Below are positions 57,409 to 64,000 of a DNA stretch of 64,000 nucleotides, in pieces. The DNA comes from an uncultured Acidimicrobiaceae bacterium (GTDB lineage: Bacteria > Actinomycetota > Acidimicrobiia > Acidimicrobiales > UBA8190). The notes beneath the pieces were generated by a model. The model was not told the DNA's origin, did no database searches, and saw nothing but the letters and a program-made list of their open reading frames with translations. Position numbers and translations under genes: made by a program. Numbering within the stretch: position 1 is the stretch's first letter; each line of letters starts with the position of its first letter. The stretch covers positions 227,060 to 291,059 of the forward strand of contig CAWJFJ010000012.1 in NCBI GenBank assembly GCA_963842145.1, given 5' to 3'.

Positions 57409-58926
57409 CTACGGAGACCGGCTTTCGCTGCGAAACGACCTCGAGGTAGACCGCCCCGGGGCCGTCGCGCGAGCGCCGGGCCCTCGTGAGGTGTGAGTTG
57501 TAGACCGACGCTTGGCACCGTGAGAGGGCCGCTTCGCGTCCAGCTCCTCGAGGGCGGGCCGCAACGCGGAGGCCAGGTCCCATAGGTCAGGCAGCTGGTC
57601 CGGACAGGCCACCAACCCAACGTCGAGCGTGTGAGTGGAACTTATCGCGGTGATGTTGAGCCCCACCCCGTCGAAGATCGGGCCGAGGGGAAAGATCGAA
57701 TCCAGACGCGCTCCCGCGAAGTAGAGGGGCACCGGAGGGCCCGGGACATCGGAGACGAGGACGTTGCAGAGCGGGGGGTGCAAGGACGAGAGGTGCAGCC
57801 GCGCGTAGAGGCTCGTCACCAGCGAGAAGAGGGCCGGTACGGGAACGTCGAGCCACTCCATCAGCACGTCCGAACCCATCGCCGACTGAAATCGCTTGGC
57901 CTCGAGCACCGCTTGGTGGATGGCAACCAACCGATCCGCCGGGTCCTCCACGTCCGTCGCCAGACCCGTGAGCATGACGCTGATCAGGTTGGCTTCTTCT
58001 GTGCCTTGATCGCCTCGCACCGACACCGGTACCGCCGCCACCAGTTGCTTCTGAGGCAGCTTCCCTAACGAAACAAGGAAGCGTCGCATTGCGCCTGCCA
58101 CCACGGCAAGAACCACGTCGTTGATGGTGACCTCGAAAGCGTGGGCGACGCCCTTGATCTTGTCCAGTGAAAGAGACGTGAAGGCTACCTCGCGCCGTGG
58201 CGTGACCGTTGTGTTGAAAGGGATATGGGGTGCACTGAAAGGAGCAGTGAGTGGGGCACCGCCTCGGCGATGATGGTCGACAATCTGGCGAACGACACGT
58301 ATGCCAGCGCCCAACGTGTGCTCCACCGCTCGAGCGCCGAGCAGCGGGCGCTGGATCATGGAGACAAGAGAGCTGGCGAGCATGGCCAGGTCGCCCGGTC
58401 GTCCCTCGGGCACCTGGGACCCCGGCGTCGGTGGAGCTGGAACGTCGGGCTGAAGAGCAAAGAGCGATGCCATGAATTGCATGCCGGCAGCACCGTCCAT
58501 CAAGGAGTGGTGCAGTTTCGCCACGATGCACAGGCGGTCCCCCTCGAACTCTTCGACCACGTACATCTCCCACAGGGGGTAGCGCCGATCGAGCTTGCGG
58601 CCGGCGAGGTCAGAGACGAAGGACGCCAACTCCACCTCTGTGACTGGTGTCGGCAACCTCACCGCCCGGATTTGATGGTCGAGGTCGACTCGGGGATCAT
58701 CTATCCACCTGGGCACGTCGAGGCCCAGTGGCATCGTGACCAAGCGCCGCTGCAATGGCGAGACCAAGTGGATCCGTTCTCGGACATATTCTCTTACGGC
58801 TATGACGCGGTCTCCAGGTGGCATGGTGGAGGGATCAAGGACCATTACCGCCATGCCATGGGTGACGTAGCTGGCCGGCCCCTCGGCGGCGAGGAATGCG
58901 GCGTCTATCCCATTTAGGCGGCGCAT
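57409..58926 (-). CDS. Wax ester synthase/diacylglycerol acyltransferase (WS/DGAT) 2
   Basis: MRRLNGIDAAFLAAEG start, HHSLMDG motif and SDVPGP near the C-terminus. The last 40 or so residues are low-complexity, so the true stop may differ. Confidence 0.88.
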   Translation of the reverse strand: MRRLNGIDAAFLAAEGPASYVTHGMAVMVLDPSTMPPGDRVIAVREYVRERIHLVSPLQRRLVTMPLGLDVPRWIDDPRVDLDHQIRAVRLPTPVTEVELASFVSDLAGRKLDRRYPLWEMYVVEEFEGDRLCIVAKLHHSLMDGAAGMQFMASLFALQPDVPAPPTPGSQVPEGRPGDLAMLASSLVSMIQRPLLGARAVEHTLGAGIRVVRQIVDHHRRGGAPLTAPFSAPHIPFNTTVTPRREVAFTSLSLDKIKGVAHAFEVTINDVVLAVVAGAMRRFLVSLGKLPQKQLVAAVPVSVRGDQGTEEANLISVMLTGLATDVEDPADRLVAIHQAVLEAKRFQSAMGSDVLMEWLDVPVPALFSLVTSLYARLHLSSLHPPLCNVLVSDVPGPPVPLYFAGARLDSIFPLGPIFDGVGLNITAISSTHTLDVGLVACPDQLPDLWDLASALRPALEELDAKRPSHGAKRRSTTHTSRGPGARATAPGRSTSRSFRSESRSP

Positions 58927-59206
58927 TCCCGCCTTACTCCCGCCACCCGTGGAGTGAACCACCAACCACTGAGAGCCATGTCCGTGTCCTTACCCCTCAT
59001 TCGACTGCGGTGGGCAGCCTCCCTCAGGATGGATCTCCTGACTGCCGATCGCCAGAGTCGAAGGGCCCGTCTTGGCGCGCACCGGCCTCGTCGGCGCTCG
59101 GTGTTCCACTGTTGGTGCCGAGAATGTCATCTGTCATAGCGCTGGTGAGCGCCTTCTGCCCGCACCACCCCTTGCCGCGCCGCTTGGCCGGTCGTAGCGT
59201 GTCGGC

Positions 59207-59608
59207 GTGACAGAGAACGACGGACTGCGGCGCTACCTCAGAGCGGGCATGACCCTCACGGAGGTCACCCGCGCACGCGCTGACGAATTGGTGCGTGGCC
59301 TAATCAAGACCGGGGAGATCGAGCGCCATAAGGCTCAGGACTGGGTCGAGGCCCTGGTGAAGACGGGCGGCGACCGCTCCGTTGCGCTCATCTCGACCGT
59401 GCGCGGCGAGTTCCGCAAGCCGTTCAAGGGGCTCGGTTTCACCAACGTGGACGTCCTCGCCGAGAAGGGTGGCGACACCTTGTCGCGCTCCCCGGCGGCG
59501 GCACGCAAGGCCACCGGGGGCGCAGCCACCAAGGCCCCTGCCACGAAGGTTCCGGCCAAGAAGACTGTAGCTCGCAAGGCTCCCGCCACGAATAAGGCGG
59601 GCGCCTGA
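59207..59608 (+). CDS. Phasin-like (PHA granule regulator-like) protein with A/K/P-rich tail
   Basis: LRRYLRAGMTLTEVTRARADELVRGLIKTGEIERHKAQDWVEALVK, then ATKAPATKVPAKKTVARKAPATNKAGA. Confidence 0.6.
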   Translation: MTENDGLRRYLRAGMTLTEVTRARADELVRGLIKTGEIERHKAQDWVEALVKTGGDRSVALISTVRGEFRKPFKGLGFTNVDVLAEKGGDTLSRSPAAARKATGGAATKAPATKVPAKKTVARKAPATNKAGA

Positions 59609-60541
59609 CCCCAGCGCCGGTGTGGCAGGATGCGCGCAACGTGCTAATAATCCGGTACCGCGCTGGGAGTGCTCGGAATGACGGTTCACAACGATGGCGC
59701 GCAGGTCAACGCCCGAGCGATCAGCCGACGCCCTAGCTGTAGCCACAGGGGCTCCCGCCCATCGCTGATTCAAGGCTGGCCACGCCGAACTTCATCTCAC
59801 GGCACTGCGGCCGAGCGGGAGTCACGTGCTCATAATCGCGAGGTCGCGTGATCTCGGACGGGGCGGTCAGATCGCCGCCAGGCGTGGATGGCGACACCGG
59901 CCAGGCCGGCGAGCCCGACGATCTTCCAGACGGAACGGTCTCCTCATCTTCCCATCATCGTATTGACGTCACGCGAGCCTCCGGGCCACTGACCGGCCTG
60001 GGCCTGAGCGGACGGGCGTCTCCCCGTGAGGAGCTGCAGCTCCGTGGTTGAGCACGCCATCCAGCTCATCAGCTGCGGGTTGGCAGACGGAGAAGCCGTC
60101 GACCGTGCCGTGGCAGCACCGGCTGTCCTGGACCCCCAGACAGTGAGCCACCCAGGCGGTGTCCAAATAAGTCAAAACTTCGTCCCCCACGGCTGGGCCA
60201 TGCAGGCAGATCGCTCGATCTGCGTGCGCGCCAACCTCAAGACCGCCAGGACCCCTCAGCGCCAGAACGAGACGGCTCGGGACGCAGTCCGGGCGGGCCG
60301 ACGTACGTTGCCATAACTGCAATTTGCGGTCGAACTGTGTATTCAGGTGTCGCGCACTGGAAGTGCCGCTTGCGCGTGGGGGTCTGGACCCGGCCACGAG
60401 GCGAGAAGGCATCCGGTATTCGCGGACAGGCGGCGTTCCGTCGACGGTAACTCGAGTCACAACCGCGGGGCCAGAGATTCTGTGCCCGGCCCCAACGCCG
60501 CTAAGGGCACGGGGACCGGGCACGACGATCCCGTACGGTCC

Positions 60542-61444
60542 TCAGCTGCCTCCTGCCACGAAGGCGGTGACGATGTAGCTGGCGTGGCGGTCCAGGTTAT
60601 TGCGCGCCCGGTCATAGCGGGTGGTTGTCCTGGGATCCGAATGACGTGCCGCGATCTGGACGTCTCGAAGCGGCACCCCGGCGTCGAGGGCGGCGGTGAT
60701 GGAGCTGTGGCGAAGCGAGTGCGGGGAGATGTGCTTGGTGATCCTGGCGCGCTTCGCCAATCGGTTCACGATCCGGGTGGCCGCGTGGCGGTTCAGGCGA
60801 CTGCCAGCCTGGGTGAGGAGCAGTGGACCCGAGACCCTCTCGCCGGCAGCCAAGTCGACGGCCCGGGCCACGCGCGGCGGGAGGGGGATCACGGCCAGCT
60901 TGGAGCCCTTCCCGAGAACGGTCACAGTGCGGTGGCCCCGCTCGAGGGACAGAGCTTCGATATTGATTGAGCATGCCTCAGACACCCGCAGGCCGAGCAG
61001 CCCGAGGAGGCACGCAAGGGTGTGGTCCATCGGCCCTCCGGCTGCCCCTTGGGCGATGAAGGCACTGAGCTCCATGCGGTCGAGGCCCAAGGTGGCCGAC
61101 TCGGTGTCGATCTTGGGTCGTCGGACGTACTCGGCCGGCGAGTGCTCGATCAGGCCGTCGAGCACGCAGATCCGGTAGAAGCCGGCCACCGTCGATAGCC
61201 TCCGCCCGATGGTGGCCCGAGCCAGACCCTTCTCCTCCATGGAGCGGGCCCACAGCTCGATGTGGCCCCTCTTGGTGGCGAAGACCTCGAGATCGACGGA
61301 GGCGCACCAGGCGAAGAACTGGCGCAGGTCGCTCACGTAGCTCTTGCGGGTCGGGCCCGAGTAGCGGGCCAGAAAGCCGGCCACGGCCAGGCGCGCCTCG
61401 TCGAACAGTGGCGGGGTGGGCATGGTGATGGCGGTGCTGGACAT
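60542..61444 (-). CDS. Tyrosine recombinase (XerC/D-like integrase), intact
   Basis: MSSTAITMPTPP start at 61444. GLRVSEA, HSLRHSSITAALDAG and ARHSDPRTTTRYD catalytic motifs. Confidence 0.88.
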   Translation of the reverse strand: MSSTAITMPTPPLFDEARLAVAGFLARYSGPTRKSYVSDLRQFFAWCASVDLEVFATKRGHIELWARSMEEKGLARATIGRRLSTVAGFYRICVLDGLIEHSPAEYVRRPKIDTESATLGLDRMELSAFIAQGAAGGPMDHTLACLLGLLGLRVSEACSINIEALSLERGHRTVTVLGKGSKLAVIPLPPRVARAVDLAAGERVSGPLLLTQAGSRLNRHAATRIVNRLAKRARITKHISPHSLRHSSITAALDAGVPLRDVQIAARHSDPRTTTRYDRARNNLDRHASYIVTAFVAGGS

Positions 61445-61520
61445 GAAGGGATCTGCCTGGTCGTTCGTTGGTTCCCTCCATCGGCCAGCTCCGGCTGCCT
61501 TGTGACCTGGGGGCCACAAT

Positions 61521-61613
61521 GGGCGACATATCCCGCAGTATTGGGGGCGATGGCCGGCATATCCCGAGTTCCTGGGCGCGATCACCGGCATATCCCGCTG
61601 TTTCCGGATCTGG
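61521..61613. repeat. Three phased 31-bp direct repeats upstream of the integrase
   Basis: CATATCCCG at 61527, 61558 and 61589 (exact 31-bp period). Units 61521-61551 and 61552-61582 match at about 22 of 31 positions. Confidence 0.85.
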
Positions 61614-61850
61614 TCGCTCGGTATCGGAGCGGTGCACCCGAGCTGGGCGGCGGCGGTTGGTCGTGGGCCGAGCTTTGACAGCACGCCCGGTGCGTGTCGT
61701 TTGCCAGTGACATGGGACCACTAACCGGGTTGTTTTGCCAGTCACATGGGACCACCCCCGTTGCCAGTTATGGGACCACCCTGAGGGTCCGCCACCACCA
61801 GCCGAGAAGGTATTCGGCTGGGTCTCCAGAGTCGTTGACGAGGAGACCCC

Positions 61851-63405
61851 ATGGCGTTCAGGGAGGTATCGGTGGTGCAGATCAAGGAGTTGTTGCGACT
61901 CTGGTTGAAGGGTGCGGGCGAGCGAACGATCGCCCAGTCAGCGGGCGTCGACCGCAAAACGGTGCGGCGCTATCTCGAAGCGGCGAAGGAGCTCGGACTC
62001 GATCGCTCGGGTGGTGACGACCAACTAACCGACGAGCTGATTGGCCAGCTCGTCGAGCGCGTGCGACCACACCGGCCCGACGGTCACGGCGACGCGTGGC
62101 GGAATTGCTCCATGAAGAAGCGCGCCTCAAAGCCTGGGTCGACCAGGACCTCACCGTGGTGAAGATCGGCGTGCTGTTAAAGCGCAACGGCATCGTCGTG
62201 CCGCACCGGACCCTGGCGCGCTTCTGCGTCGAGCGACTCGGGACGTCCAAACGCACCACGACCACGGTGCGCGTCGCCGACCCCCCGCCGGGCATCGAGC
62301 TGCAGGTGGATTTTGGGCGACTCGGGCTCCTGCCCGACGGCGAACGCCGCCGGGTCTGTCAGGGACTCATCTTCACCGCGTGCTTCAGTCGCCACTCCTT
62401 CGTCTGGCCCACGTTCACACAGACGACCGCAGAGGTCATCAAGGGCTTCGAGGCCGCGTGGGGATACTTCGGTGGCGTTTTTCCAGTGGTCATTCCGGAC
62501 AACATGAAGTCGATCGTCGTCACGGCCGAGCACACCGCGCCACGCTTCAACGACGTGTTCCTCGAATACGCCCAGAGCCGCGGGTTCAGCGTCGACGCCG
62601 CGCGTGTGCGCACCCCGACCGACAAACCCCGCGTCGAGCGAACGGTCCACTACGTCCAGCACAACTTCTTCGCCGGCGAAGCGTTCCGCGATCTCGAGCA
62701 CTGCCGGGCGCTCGCCGAGACGTGGTGTCGCGACACGGCGGGCACGCGGATCCACGGCACCACCCAACTGCGACCCCTCGAGGTCTTTCGCGCCGAAGAG
62801 CAGCGACTCTTGCTGCCGGCGCCGGGCTCGCCCTTCGACACGCCGGTCTGGAGCGAGCCCAAGGTGCACCGCGACCTGCACGTCGAGGTCGACCGCGCCC
62901 TCTACTCGGTGCCTCGAGCATTCCTCGGCCAGCGCCTCTCGGCTCGTCGCGACGCCACCACCGTGAAGCTCTACTGTCGCGGTGAACTGGTGAAGCTGCA
63001 CCCGAGAGTGAGACCGGGCCAGCGATCGAGTGACCCGGCGGACTTTCCCGAGGGCACCTCGATCTACGCCACGCGCGACGTCGCGTCCCTGCTCGCGAAG
63101 GCCGCAACCCACGGAGGAAGCGTCGAGGCGATGGCGAGGGCCGTCCTCTCTCACCCGCTGCCCTGGACCAAGATGCGCCAGGTCTACCGACTGGTCGGCC
63201 TCGGCGACAAGTGGGGGTCGCGACGCCTCGACGACGCGTGTCGCCGCGCGCTCGACGCAGAGAGCACGGACGTGAATCTGGTTACCCGCATGCTCGAGCG
63301 CGCTCGCGAGTCAACCGAACACGACGAGCGCTTCGGCCCGTGCTCGTCCAGGGTCGCTTCGCGCGCGATGCGTCTGAGTTCGCGATCAAGCGAGCGAACT
63401 CGTGA
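61851..63405 (+). pseudogene. istA: IS21-family IstA, at least two frameshifts
   Basis: The HTH part (IKELLRLWLKGAGERTIAQSAGVDRKTVRRYL) is in ORF 61851..62162 and the DDE core is in ORF 62096..63538. The terminal FAIKRANS-stop at 63403-63405 is in a third frame and overlaps the istB GTG. Confidence 0.8.
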
Positions 63406-64000
63406 GCCCCACGCCGAGCGTCTCACCAGAACTCAAGTCGCTCATGCGTCGCCTCAAACTCGGCCAGCTGACTCGACACCCTGCCCGAACGTTTGGCGTT
63501 GGCACGCACCCACCATCTGGGAGCGGCCGAGTTCTTAGAGCAGCTCTTCAGCGACGAGGTGCAGCGTCGCGAGAGCGCGTCGGCCGGGCTGCGCGCGAGA
63601 AAGGCCCAGCTCGATCCCGCGATGGTGCTCGAGGCCTGGGACGAGACGACCTCGTCACCTACGACCGCGCGGTTTGGAGGAACTCGTCTCCTTGCGCTTC
63701 GCGGAGGCGGCCAACAACGTGTTCATTCTCGGACCGGTCGGGGTCGGCAAGACGTTCCTCGCGAGTGCACTCGGCTACGTGCGCATGTCGACGACGCGTC
63801 AGCGTGCACTTCGAGCGAAGCGACCGGCTGCTTCAAGCGTCTGAAGGCGGCTCGCCTCGACGCGAGCTACGAGGCCAAGAGCTGCGCAAGCTGATCGGGG
63901 TCGACCTACTCATCCTGGACGACTTCGCTCTCACGCCGCTCGACGCCACGGAGACGCTCGGACCTCTACGATCTCGTCGTCGAGCGCCACCACGCCGCGC
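63402..64000 (+). pseudogene. istB: IS21-family IstB, several frameshifts, truncated by the window edge
   Basis: ELKSLMRRLKLGQL, AAEFLEQLFSDEVQRRES, FILGPVGVGKTFLA and LLILDDF are all visible but in different frames. Confidence 0.7.

Larger units (their letters stand above)
61695..64000 (+). mobile_element. IS21-family element 2 (decayed, runs off the window)
   Basis: Left-end multiple repeats TTGCCAGTGACATGGGACCAC (61701-61721), TTGCCAGTCACATGGGACCAC (61735-61755) and TTGCCAGTTATGGGACCAC (61761-61779), followed by istA and istB homologues. Confidence 0.8.

Noticed and set aside
1-64000. tRNA, rRNA or tmRNA genes, for example as an integration site for the integrases.
   Set aside because: I found no T-loop-like GGTTCGAATCC-type motif in a cloverleaf context. 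The GGTTCGAAC at about 54266 lies inside the amine oxidase coding sequence. This was a by-eye scan only, so a tRNAscan or Infernal run would be decisive.

Overview
GC-rich (about 65-70% by eye) actinobacterial-type chromosomal segment, read by eye from the sequence and the ORF track; no searches were run. The gene content suggests an actinobacterium: WS/DGAT, PPOX/F420-type and TIGR03086-like proteins, DUF1918, and cydABDC.

Recognisable housekeeping or accessory genes:
- cydA-cydB-cydD-cydC operon (39.4-45.6 kb)
- SulP/STAS permease
- three large c-di-GMP turnover proteins (29979, 46007, 48358) plus a class III nucleotide cyclase
- two WS/DGAT acyltransferases
- an alpha/beta hydrolase and three small phasin-like proteins
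- a PadR-ABC-FtsX operon
- an orphan solute-binding lipoprotein
- assorted small enzymes (SDR, GNAT, VOC, EEP, adenosine-specific-kinase family, PPOX family)

Mobile DNA is dense:
- a two-tyrosine-recombinase element bounded by a perfect 14-bp inverted repeat (1893-4268)
- two IS110-family elements (4.3-5.6 kb and 33.2-34.3 kb)
- one IS30-family transposase (8419-9675)
- two IS21-family elements (15129-17638 and 61695 to the window end)
- a lone XerC/D-like integrase (60542-61444)

About 16 genes carry frameshifts, in-frame stops or truncations, while roughly 29 kb of other coding sequence reads through cleanly.

I did not find a clear new multi-gene system such as a defence island; every large ORF has a recognisable family. 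The most interesting unexplained signals are:
1. A dispersed intergenic repeat family with conserved sequence blocks at a fixed 53-54 nt spacing.
2. The inverted-repeat-bounded double-recombinase element, whose end sites resemble a block of that repeat.
3. An IS110 copy abutting that end, with a three-fold ACACCCTG motif consistent with bridge-RNA guide logic.
4. An inverted pair of phasin-like gene modules 36.5 kb apart, with conserved leaders and a ghost hydrolase fragment.
5. Three phased 31-bp repeats upstream of the lone integrase.

No rRNA, tRNA or CRISPR array was seen by eye.
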